From contig JABVCK010000007.1 of the NCBI GenBank assembly GCA_013540605.1, positions 27,231-91,230 of the forward strand: 64,000 nucleotides of DNA. The letters run 5' to 3'. The notes under the pieces are model-generated. The model searched no databases and was not told the origin of the DNA. It worked only from the letters and a program-made list of their open reading frames with translations. A program made the position numbers and the translations under genes. This document shows positions 8,764-16,740 of this stretch, piece after piece. The number at the start of each line of letters is the position of its first letter. Positions within the stretch are counted from its first letter, which is position 1. Origin of the DNA: Bacillota bacterium. Lineage in GTDB: Bacteria > Bacillota > Clostridia > Ch29.

Positions 8764-9445
8764 TTTTTCTATCCTCCTCTGCCTGCTGCCTGGCAGCAGA
8801 CCATTGCTCCCTTGCCATTTTCTCAATTATCGGCTTATTGTGCCGGGCTTCGTGGGACACCACCTGGCTGAACCATTTTATAGCATCGTTATAGTGCCCA
8901 AGCCTCCTGTTCAACTCACCTATCAAATATATTACCGCAATCTCATCGGATTTGTCCATCAGCCTCTCATGCTGGTAGGCTTCCCTGTAATGCTCGAGGG
9001 CATACTGCAGGAACCTCTTTTCCTCAGCTCTATCTTCCTTATACCGGTTGATCCACGCAAGCCTTAGACAGATTTGTGCAAAAGTGCCGGGCCTCTTATC
9101 CCTCCTCAACTGGCTGCATATCAGAACCAGCTTATAGGCATCCAGGGCATCATCCAGGGTTCTCCGCCCTCCCAGATCCCTTTGCTTCCATTTCCTGCCT
9201 ATCCCTTCAAATATCCTGTTAACATCTTTTTCATCAATGCTGCTAAAACTGTTGTATATAGAGGAATAGCCGCACATCGGGCACACCACTGCCTCGTATA
9301 GCATGGGATTTTCAAACTTGTAATGTAGACAAAAATCCGCATCCCTGCTTTCAACTATGCTCCTGCTGGTTTTTACCCTGGTAGTTCTGAATTCCACTCC
9401 GCACACCGGACAGTTCATTTTTACCTGATACAACGCATTGTCCAT
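8756..9445 (-). CDS. DUF2225 domain protein (zinc-ribbon + TPR-like)
   Basis: 229 aa. Two CxxC pairs (CPVCG ... CPMCGY) followed by a helical repeat region, as in DUF2225. Confidence 0.75.
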   Translation of the reverse strand: MDNALYQVKMNCPVCGVEFRTTRVKTSRSIVESRDADFCLHYKFENPMLYEAVVCPMCGYSSIYNSFSSIDEKDVNRIFEGIGRKWKQRDLGGRRTLDDALDAYKLVLICSQLRRDKRPGTFAQICLRLAWINRYKEDRAEEKRFLQYALEHYREAYQHERLMDKSDEIAVIYLIGELNRRLGHYNDAIKWFSQVVSHEARHNKPIIEKMAREQWSAARQQAEEDRKNG

Positions 9446-9508
9446 CTGTCACATTCCTCATTTCGTCATCTGATTTTGTTATTTCCTGATTCCTATAAAA
9501 ATGTTCTG

Positions 9509-9541
9509 TATAAAAAATAAAATTCCTGCATAAACAGGAAA
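9509..9541 (-). terminator. Rho-independent terminator (minus strand)
   Basis: Minus strand reads TTCCTG(tttatg)CAGGAA followed by TTTTATTTTTT. Confidence 0.8.
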
Positions 9542-9728
9542 CTCAATCTTTAAACTACACAAACAGGGGGACACAGGACAAACATGGGGACAGGGACCAT
9601 ATTTGGTTGTTGTAAGCCCAGGGCTGTCAAACGAACTACCTGTCCCCTTGTTTGTGTGTGATAATACCCGCTGCCGCTTTTGATTCTCTGTTGCCTTGGC
9701 ATCCTTCATCACCCAATTTATAGTTTAT
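9510..9728 (-). ncRNA. Candidate sRNA with two C-rich GUCCCCNUGUUUGU motifs (RsaE/RoxS-like)
   Basis: Minus-strand promoter TTGACG-17 nt-TAAACT (9763..9735). About 215 nt downstream is a strong terminator. The RNA contains GUCCCCAUGUUUGUCC and GUCCCCCUGUUUGUGU just before the terminator, plus a complementary G-rich segment CACAAACAAGGGGACAGG. Confidence 0.45.
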
Positions 9729-9734
9729 AGACAT

Positions 9735-9763
9735 AGTTTACCAATAAAGGATGTATTCGTCAA
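9735..9763 (-). promoter_or_regulatory. Sigma-A-like promoter of the sRNA candidate
   Basis: TTGACG, 17-nt spacer, TAAACT, read on the minus strand. Confidence 0.45.
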
Positions 9764-9769
9764 GACACC

Positions 9770-9805
9770 AGAACCGTCCCCTTGTCTAGAACCGTCCCCT
9801 TGTCT
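9770..9805. repeat. Perfect 18-bp tandem duplication AGAACCGTCCCCTTGTCT x2
   Basis: Read directly. Lies immediately upstream of the sRNA-candidate promoter. The same 16-mer CAGAACCGTCCCCTTG recurs twice at 49131-49176. Confidence 0.9.
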
Positions 9806-9862
9806 ATACGCAACCTGGGCAATTCTTTGACACTTAGAATGGGTAGTAACAGTAACAAAAAA

Positions 9863-10165
9863 CTACTTTTCGAGGTTACCTAATGGTTCAAAACTATTAA
9901 ATATTCCAAGAATTCGATAAATTTCACCATCTTCAAGCCGTATCTTATAAATTGAGAAAAGATAATGGTTCTCTCTTTCTACATTTCCCTTATCATAAAA
10001 TACATATTGAATTATTTCTTTTTGTAAATACGACCTCAACACCTCATCTTCTATCTCATACTGTCCACCTTCCATTATCCAATTAGCAAGATATCCTCCA
10101 CCTGGATTTGTGATAAACAGTATTATTACTATTGCAATTACTGCAATTGCTATTTTATTGTACAC
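9863..10165 (-). CDS. Hypothetical small membrane-anchored protein
   Basis: 100 aa with an N-terminal TM helix (IAIAVIAIVIILFI). Sits in a visibly AT-rich stretch. No family recognised with confidence. Confidence 0.5.
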   Translation of the reverse strand: MYNKIAIAVIAIVIILFITNPGGGYLANWIMEGGQYEIEDEVLRSYLQKEIIQYVFYDKGNVERENHYLFSIYKIRLEDGEIYRILGIFNSFEPLGNLEK

Positions 10166-10341
10166 AACCGTGCTACCCCCTTCCTAGTATAATCGCTTTT
10201 CTTTATTATACAGAATTATACAGAGGTAGTATCCCTATAGCTATTATATGTTTACTATGTCAGCACAATGATATGGAATACTACCTCAAGATTTAATCAG
10301 GTGTTTTGATGTTGTTGTTTATACATCGGCATCTATTATTC

Positions 10342-11445
10342 CTAGTCAACTATTGTAAATATATAGAATATATATTGATTATCTTCACTATATTTTCTAT
10401 AAACATTTACTGGAGTATTGGACCAAGTATCATGAATTATATAATATTCTTGATCTGGGTAATCAATATTGTATCTATATCCTGTAAAAGTAACATAGTG
10501 ATTTCCATATTCTGGGTGGAAAAGATAAAGAAGGGCACCTGGCCTGTCAGCATTTATTTCATTTTTTATCTTTGTATAAGAAACTGACATACTACGAGAC
10601 ACATCGAATACCCCATTATATGGAATATCCATATAATCTTGCAGACCATACCAGAATCCTATCGGTTGTGTTACCATGCCTTCACAATCCATTAGCTCAT
10701 ACAGCCTATCAATTACATCCTCTTCATCTTGTGTTGCCTGATTAACTAGGTTAGGATACCCATTTCCATCCCAATAATACACGATATTTGCACCTGTAGT
10801 TGGGCCACATGCTCTATACCATTGGATATCAGGAACATTAAGGTTTTTTTCTACTATAGTTGCCATCGGTATAACATCTTCAAATTCCTTGTTAGAATAG
10901 CCTGCTGATATTTCTTTTACTTCCATTAGTTTTCTTGCAGCGCTAGCCGCATCAACCGATACTCGAACTTCACTATCCATTGTGAAGTCTATTATTTCCT
11001 CTTTTGCGTTTTCATCATTCTTACCCTTTACGGCAATGCCATACATAGTAGGGCCATCATATAACATCTTAATATCTTTATTTTTAAATTTATCGCCCTT
11101 GGCTTTAATGTATTCTGATAAGTAATCATCATAGGGTGATTGCGATGCAGCAAATTCAATTATTTCTTCACTATTTGGATTTACTAACAGATATCCTACT
11201 ATATCTTCACTATGTTTAACATGAAATAGGTAAGCTGAAAGGTTCCCTTCTGAATTATAGAGTTCAATCCTTTTCCCTAGCTTTTCTCCATCCCATATCT
11301 GAAAACCTTCGTGTTTTGATATTTCGTTGATGAAGCCTTCAACTTTTCTTTCTATTGAATTTTTTGAATTTTCATTTGCCAATGCACCGACTGATAGCAT
11401 ACTAATTAGCATGCATGCAATTAACAACCCAATTAGCTTTTTCAT
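10342..11445 (-). CDS. Secreted protein with C-terminal papain-like/C39-like cysteine peptidase domain
   Basis: The ATG at 11445 follows a GGAGGA RBS (the ORF track starts at 11463). Signal peptide MKKLIGLLIACMLISMLSVGALA. The YRACGPTTGANIVYYW motif resembles the catalytic Cys region of C39-like/BtrH-type peptidases, with a later HYVTFTGY His region. Confidence 0.6.
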   Translation of the reverse strand: MKKLIGLLIACMLISMLSVGALANENSKNSIERKVEGFINEISKHEGFQIWDGEKLGKRIELYNSEGNLSAYLFHVKHSEDIVGYLLVNPNSEEIIEFAASQSPYDDYLSEYIKAKGDKFKNKDIKMLYDGPTMYGIAVKGKNDENAKEEIIDFTMDSEVRVSVDAASAARKLMEVKEISAGYSNKEFEDVIPMATIVEKNLNVPDIQWYRACGPTTGANIVYYWDGNGYPNLVNQATQDEEDVIDRLYELMDCEGMVTQPIGFWYGLQDYMDIPYNGVFDVSRSMSVSYTKIKNEINADRPGALLYLFHPEYGNHYVTFTGYRYNIDYPDQEYYIIHDTWSNTPVNVYRKYSEDNQYIFYIFTIVD

Positions 11446-11463
11446 TCGAATTCCTCCATTCAT

Positions 11464-11695
11464 ATTTTTTTAATTCTTATTTACGCTAATATTTAACAGA
11501 CAAAATCCTCATAAGCACCACTCCTCCCTCTCCGAATCTCCTTTACCTTTACAGAGACCGGAGAGGGAGATATAATAGACTTAACTCCCGGCCTGTCTCT
11601 GGCAGGTAAAGGGTTGGTCCCTGCCGGTGTCGGTCTTGGCTAGAGCTTGTGCATCGGCAGGGATGTTTATTTGCTGTGATGTCTTTCCGTGATCT
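11464..11695 (-). promoter_or_regulatory. Long structured 5' leader of the peptidase gene with alternative helices
   Basis: Extended -10 promoter TGTATAAT on the minus strand near 11700. The leader contains CCCTGCCG...CGGCAGGG, CAGAGAC...GTCTCTG and an 11-bp perfect stem CTCCCTCTCCG...CGGAGAGGGAG that competes with an upstream CCGGGAG. Confidence 0.4.
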
Positions 11696-11881
11696 GTATC
11701 TTAATTATACAGCGAACGAGATGCAAAATGCGGATTTCGGAACGAAAGTGTCATTTTCGGGAACAAAAATGCATTTTTATCCTAATATTTTTCATATGTA
11801 GCCTAAATATTGAACTTTTTCATCATTTCATCTGTCTTTTCCACCATTCTTTTCCCGAAACGGGTAAGCAACAGAGTCTGC

Positions 11882-11914
11882 ATAAAAAAATAAAATTCCT
11901 GTTTATGCAGGAAT
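11882..11914 (-). terminator. Rho-independent terminator of the VanW gene
   Basis: Minus strand reads TTCCTG(cataaa)CAGGAA followed by TTTTATTTTTTT. It is a near-copy of the terminator at 9509-9541. Confidence 0.8.
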
Positions 11915-11923
11915 TTTATATCC

Positions 11924-13321
11924 TTAGGCCGGTGTATCCGCTTCTTCGACATCAGTATTGGCGCTGATGTCGTCAGGACCCCTTCGTATCAAGCCGTTCT
12001 CCGGTTTGTAATAATCGGATGACAGCAGCTCTTCCTTCTGTGGTTCCCCGTTGATTATCACTTGCCTATAGGTTTTGACCCTGTATCCTTTCCGCGCTTC
12101 CTTTTCTACAACCTGTTCGCCAACTCCGAGGGTGGGGTCTATAACGGTCTCCACAACTGGCTCAATGACATTCACGGTTTCGGTCCGGATTTTGACCTTG
12201 ATGTCCTCCTCCCTTTCCTCGCCGTAAATGGCTGCATATATCCTGTTACCGCTGACCCAGCTGGCGATATAAATATGCCCATCCGTATTGTTTCTGAACC
12301 GGAAATCCAGTACCTTATCCACCACCGTGGCGTCCTGCCCCATATTAACATAGGCCGACGGAATTGTATGGTTGTGCCTCTCTACAATCTCCAGGTTGGC
12401 ATAGAGAACAGCATTGTAAAGGGTGCTTGATACCTGGCATACTCCGCCTCCGATCCCGGGAACCAGTTCCCCTTTGAAAATTACAGGGGCTTCCTGGTAA
12501 CCGTTTTCAGCAATTCTCGGACCCGTTACCTGGTTAAAGGAAAACTCCTCTCCAGGCTTCAGCACACTACCCTCAATAGCTGTCGAAGCAATTTTCAGGT
12601 TTTCGCTTCTGCCTGTGCTCTGGGTGTTAAAAACCGTGGAAAAAACACTCCATCGTGAGCTTATTCTTTCAAGCTTTTGCCCGGTTACTTCCGGTATCTT
12701 AGTCTCAACAACAAGCTGCTTTGGCGAAAAATCCATTCTCCGCAAATCCGCTGCGATTTCATCAACTGTTGTATCTATATCTACTCCTATTCCGTATACT
12801 TCAGGAGTAACAATAAACTCTTCTCCCGCCCGTCTAATGGTCGCATTTACGGGTGGTGTCGAGATTTCCCTGTCAATTCTCTCAAGAAAAGCCCTCAAAG
12901 CAAGGGCATCAAAATTGAATTCGAGCTCGACCTCCTCTCCGTTCTCTTTTAAGTCCATGATTTTTTTGATCCTATCCATAGGATTGCCATCCCTGCCAAT
13001 CCCGTAGGCCTTCTCGACCGCCTTATAATAACTGAATGTGCCTCCGATACCGTCGAGGTTTATTTCCCACGTGCCGCCGCCGTAGTTTAACGTTAATTTC
13101 TCCCGCTGCAGCACAGGCTTCATCACAGCTTCAACAGCATTTACCGCTTCCTGCTGGCTCATGCCCCCCACGTCTATACCGTTGATTTTTATTCCTTCAT
13201 AGATTATTTCCCTGTTCAGGGAAAAGAAGACCAGGGCAAGGCTCATAAGCAATGCCAGTCCCATCAATCCTGCTCCGATTTTTGGCCATCGTGGTGCAAA
13301 GGCCCTTTCTGCTGTACTCAT
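11924..13321 (-). CDS. VanW family protein with C-terminal G5 domain
   Basis: 465 aa. N-terminal TM anchor, VanW core (GGGVCQVSSTLYNAVLYANLEIVERHNH) and a C-terminal G5-like segment (KGYRVKTYRQVIINGE). Confidence 0.85.
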   Translation of the reverse strand: MSTAERAFAPRWPKIGAGLMGLALLMSLALVFFSLNREIIYEGIKINGIDVGGMSQQEAVNAVEAVMKPVLQREKLTLNYGGGTWEINLDGIGGTFSYYKAVEKAYGIGRDGNPMDRIKKIMDLKENGEEVELEFNFDALALRAFLERIDREISTPPVNATIRRAGEEFIVTPEVYGIGVDIDTTVDEIAADLRRMDFSPKQLVVETKIPEVTGQKLERISSRWSVFSTVFNTQSTGRSENLKIASTAIEGSVLKPGEEFSFNQVTGPRIAENGYQEAPVIFKGELVPGIGGGVCQVSSTLYNAVLYANLEIVERHNHTIPSAYVNMGQDATVVDKVLDFRFRNNTDGHIYIASWVSGNRIYAAIYGEEREEDIKVKIRTETVNVIEPVVETVIDPTLGVGEQVVEKEARKGYRVKTYRQVIINGEPQKEELLSSDYYKPENGLIRRGPDDISANTDVEEADTPA

Positions 13322-13466
13322 GATAATCCCCCAAACAATGAAATCCCCTTAATAAATACATATTATTATAATGCAAAATAATACTATGTACCCTTGAAAC
13401 AATCATATATTTAAAACCGGTCTTGTTCAATATCCAATAATCACTCTTACTGGCATCTATTTGAAG

Positions 13467-15455
13467 TCAGCTTCTCGTCCAGGATATGGATATTTCATCA
13501 CCATCGCTTATAATATCAGTATATCTCGCTTTAATCCCGTTCACGGCCAGCTCTACCTTTCCCTTCGCCCTGCTCAGGTCTACATCAATATGGTTGAAAA
13601 TATCAACAAAAATATATGGCTCCGGCCTCTGGGGAAGTTTGACCTCCTCTCCGTTAACTCTTACTGTTATTCCAACCCCGTCCGGGATTGGTTTATCCAT
13701 GCAATATTCTATGCTGTCGCCATTGCTGAGCGCATATTCATAAGCAGCGGGCCTGCCATTGACCCTGTATGAGCAGCCTTGCTTTGGAAGTTCGCAGCTG
13801 TCAATGAGTTCTCCGAGGGTCCTGATTCTTGTTATTTCAAGCCTATCGCCATCCGAAATATACCGGTCGGGAGGTGCAGCAGCACCATTGATGCTCCACC
13901 TGGCCGGAAGGGTTATCCTTTTACCTGCGACTATAACCTGACAGGATTCCGAATGAACAATATCCTTTATTGTAATACGGGCTTTCTCTCCTTTCAGGGC
14001 ATCATACACAAAAACTTCATCTCCATTTTTCAGAGGCCGGTCAAGGGATCCTGCTTCTCCGTTTATCAGTATCCTTGCCGGCTGCCCCGGTTCTCCCTTG
14101 ATTTCCCTTGCCTCGCCGTTGACGAAGAACCTTAACGGCTCGCCCCTGGAAGAAATGAGTTTCCTTGGGTTGAACCCTATTGCCAGCAGGGCGTCGCTCA
14201 CGGTCATCTGCCTGGTGTTCAGCATTCTGAGATTATTACCGTTGACGGATATGCCGATAAAATGGTCTCCGGATGCCCTATAACCGGCTAAAGCTATGCC
14301 AACCGGAGTAATCATCTCTGGTCCGGAGAAATCCGGCACCAATAGTTTTAAGGCGCTGTTCTCCTCCAGGTGTTTTAAGCCCACCCTGGTGACAGGCAGA
14401 CCCAGGTGGCAGGACAGGCTTTCCTTAAGCCCCGGTGTCAGACTGCCTCCTCCAACGCAGAATACTGCGCTCGGTGCCCCTTGATTGTTTTCCTTTATGC
14501 TGTCAGCTATATCAGCCGCAAGTTTTTCAACAATAGGATGTATTATATCAATCAACTGTGCCCTGCTTATCTCCGCCTCATCTCCCAGGGCATTTCTATA
14601 ACTAACTCTGTCCTTGCCCTTTGACGCCTCCAGCTTGATTCTTTCTGCCGTGTTGAAGTCGGTTAAAAGTTTCTGGGCGATTTCTTCTGTGATTTCGTCC
14701 CCTGCCACCGAGACCATGGAGTATGCAGTTATCGTACCGGCCCGCGTTATTGCTATATCCGAAGTCCCGGCGCCGATGTCCACCATTGCAAGGTTGAGCA
14801 GCCTCAGGTTTTCCGGGATGGCAACTCTTATGGCCGCAATAGGCTCCAGAGTGAGATTGATTACTTCAAGACCTGCCCGCTCCATCACTGTATAAAGGCT
14901 GTCAACAACCGTTCTGGGCAGGAATGTGGAAATGACTTCCACTCCCATGCTTGTTCCCCTATGTCCCTCCAGGCTTTTTATTATCATGTTGTCAAGATAG
15001 TAGTTTATCACGCTGTATCCAACACAGTAATAGTTGGAGTGGTTCTTATAGCGCTCCTGGACTTCCTGCTGGGCTTTCTGCATGGCCTTGAGCTCAAGAC
15101 CGCTGATAAACGCCTTATCTGCAACATCCATACCCTCTACATCCATTTCAGCCAAAGCTCTATGGGTTATCAAGGACCTTCCTGCCGCAGCAATGGCAAC
15201 GTGATTGAGGGTACAACCGTTCCTTTCCTCCAGTTTTTCCTTAACCCGTTTGACAACGCCGGTTACCTGGGTAATGTCGTGTATTTGTCCATCATACATA
15301 TTTCTATCCGTATGCTCCATGATCTCCGCATCAAAGATTTCAAAGTAATCCCGGTCCGGACTACCGTTTCCCAGTATGCCTACAACCGTACGCGTCCCGA
15401 TATCTAAAGCAAAAATCGTATTAGCGCACTTATCATGCACAGTACTCACCACCAA
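13467..15455 (-). CDS. FtsA/actin-like ATPase domain protein with repeated C-terminal beta-grasp-like modules
   Basis: 662 aa. N-terminal about 400 aa is an FtsA-like sugar-kinase/actin fold (FALDIGTRTVVG, DIGAGTSDI, GGGS). The C-terminal about 260 aa contains 4 copies of (I/V)NG-x9-12-(N/D)GD-x-(I/V/L). Confidence 0.7.
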   Translation of the reverse strand: MVVSTVHDKCANTIFALDIGTRTVVGILGNGSPDRDYFEIFDAEIMEHTDRNMYDGQIHDITQVTGVVKRVKEKLEERNGCTLNHVAIAAAGRSLITHRALAEMDVEGMDVADKAFISGLELKAMQKAQQEVQERYKNHSNYYCVGYSVINYYLDNMIIKSLEGHRGTSMGVEVISTFLPRTVVDSLYTVMERAGLEVINLTLEPIAAIRVAIPENLRLLNLAMVDIGAGTSDIAITRAGTITAYSMVSVAGDEITEEIAQKLLTDFNTAERIKLEASKGKDRVSYRNALGDEAEISRAQLIDIIHPIVEKLAADIADSIKENNQGAPSAVFCVGGGSLTPGLKESLSCHLGLPVTRVGLKHLEENSALKLLVPDFSGPEMITPVGIALAGYRASGDHFIGISVNGNNLRMLNTRQMTVSDALLAIGFNPRKLISSRGEPLRFFVNGEAREIKGEPGQPARILINGEAGSLDRPLKNGDEVFVYDALKGEKARITIKDIVHSESCQVIVAGKRITLPARWSINGAAAPPDRYISDGDRLEITRIRTLGELIDSCELPKQGCSYRVNGRPAAYEYALSNGDSIEYCMDKPIPDGVGITVRVNGEEVKLPQRPEPYIFVDIFNHIDVDLSRAKGKVELAVNGIKARYTDIISDGDEISISWTRS

Positions 15456-15528
15456 TTCTTCACTTCTCTAATATATTCCTTAATATATTCTTTGCATTGG
15501 AAGCAATTCCTTCTTTGTCTCCCTTACC

Positions 15529-16215
15529 TTATTCCGATTCCCCGTAATTATGGTAATAACTGCACAAATCGTAATTATGGTAATAACTGCACAAATGCAC
15601 AATAGGGCACTGACTGCACTTAGGCTTCCTTGCGCTGCAGATTTTTCTCCCGTGATGTATGAGCCAGTGATGCGCCCTTGACCATTTGCTCTGCGGTATC
15701 CTTTCCATGAGCTGTCTTTCCGTCTCTTCCACATCCTTGGAATCGGCAAGCCCTATTCTATTGGAAACCCTGAAAACATGGGTATCTACAGCGATTGCAT
15801 CGACACCGAAGGCGTTGCTCACGACCACGTTGGCGGTTTTCCTTCCCACACCGGGAAGTGAAGTCAGCTCTTCAACGGTACGCGGTACTTGACCTCCATA
15901 TTTCTCTTCTATAATCCTGCTTGCTTCCTTTATGTTCGCAGCCTTTGTCTTATAAAACCCACACGACCTGATTATTTCTTCAATTTCCTCCAAAGGTGCG
16001 TTGGCCAGGGTACCGGCGTCAGGGTATCTGCCGAATAATTCCGGGGTTACCCTGTTAACCTGCCTGTCGGTTGTCTGCGCTGAGAGCATTGTAGCAATAA
16101 GCAGCTGAAACGGCGTCTTAAATATAAGCTCGGTGGTGGCTTTCGGATAGGCCTTCTCAAGTATACCGAGGATTTGTTTTATCCTTTGACTGTCTGTACC
16201 ATTTTTTTGTTCCAT
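15529..16215 (-). CDS. nth: Endonuclease III
   Basis: 228 aa. HhH-GPD region (LTSLPGVGRKTANVV) and a C-x6-C-x2-C-x5-C cluster loop. The C-terminus is extended by a 27-bp tandem duplication. Confidence 0.9.
   Translation of the reverse strand: MEQKNGTDSQRIKQILGILEKAYPKATTELIFKTPFQLLIATMLSAQTTDRQVNRVTPELFGRYPDAGTLANAPLEEIEEIIRSCGFYKTKAANIKEASRIIEEKYGGQVPRTVEELTSLPGVGRKTANVVVSNAFGVDAIAVDTHVFRVSNRIGLADSKDVEETERQLMERIPQSKWSRAHHWLIHHGRKICSARKPKCSQCPIVHLCSYYHNYDLCSYYHNYGESE
15543..15596. repeat. Perfect 27-bp tandem duplication inside the 3' end of nth
   Basis: CGTAATTATGGTAATAACTGCACAAAT x2, encoding LCSYYHNY(D/G) twice. Confidence 0.95.
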
Positions 16216-16254
16216 GGAAATCCTCCCCAGTCCCCTTTCCTTATATACTATCTA

Positions 16255-16387
16255 CAGATAACAGTTGTCAGTTGTCAGTTACCAGTGATCAGTTATCAGA
16301 AATCAGTTACCAGTTGTCAGTGGCTAGTGATCAGTGACTAGCACCTGTGATCTGTGATCTGTGATCTACCAACTACGAACTAACATG
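16255..16387. repeat. Heptad array B (inverted orientation relative to A), 18-19 units in register
   Basis: CAGATAA CAGTTGT CAGTTGT CAGTTAC CAGTGAT CAGTTAT CAGAAAT CAGTTAC CAGTTGT CAGTGGC TAGTGAT CAGTGAC TAGCACC TGTGATC TGTGATC TGTGATC TACCAAC TACGAAC. Shares GTGACTAGCACCT with the reverse complement of array A. Confidence 0.95.
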
Positions 16388-16404
16388 AGGTGTGTCCCCT
16401 TTCC

Positions 16405-16686
16405 CTATACCCTATCTATATGATACCCTGAGATTTCAAACCTACCATCCATTTCAATAAATTTCATCACAGAATCCAGTATCCTGTCAACCTGGACTGA
16501 GCTGTTCGCCACGCATGCAATACCAAGGGATGCAACCTGCCACTTGTCGTTATTCCCGACCTCTGCCACCGAAGCATTAAATTTGGCCCTCAGCCTCTCG
16601 GTAAGGCTTTTCAATGCCCGTCTCTTATCCTTCAGGCTGAAAGAATCGTGCAAAAATATTTCCAATCTGCATATGCCGGTTATCAT
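16405..16686 (-). CDS. DUF503 domain protein (YlxP-like)
   Basis: 93 aa. The pattern CRLEIFLHDSFSLKDKRRALKSL is typical of DUF503. Confidence 0.8.
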   Translation of the reverse strand: MITGICRLEIFLHDSFSLKDKRRALKSLTERLRAKFNASVAEVGNNDKWQVASLGIACVANSSVQVDRILDSVMKFIEMDGRFEISGYHIDRV

Positions 16687-16740
16687 GGCGCTTACCCTCC
16701 AATCAATAAGCCGCCTCTTAACCGGAAGCGGCTCACCTGA

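Noticed and set aside
9479-9712. A 77-aa minus-strand ORF in the DUF2225-upstream intergenic region.
   Set aside because: There is no convincing RBS. The frame runs straight through the terminator hairpin and its T-run, which produce its hydrophobic tail. The region is better explained as an sRNA candidate.
11689-11967. A 92-aa plus-strand ORF.
   Set aside because: It lies in the AT-rich promoter/leader region of the minus-strand peptidase gene, crosses the VanW terminator and overlaps the VanW 3' end. It has no RBS.
15480-15749. An 89-aa minus-strand ORF with an internal ITIITICAV repeat.
   Set aside because: It overlaps the 3' end of nth in another frame. Its repeat is only the translation of the 27-bp tandem duplication.
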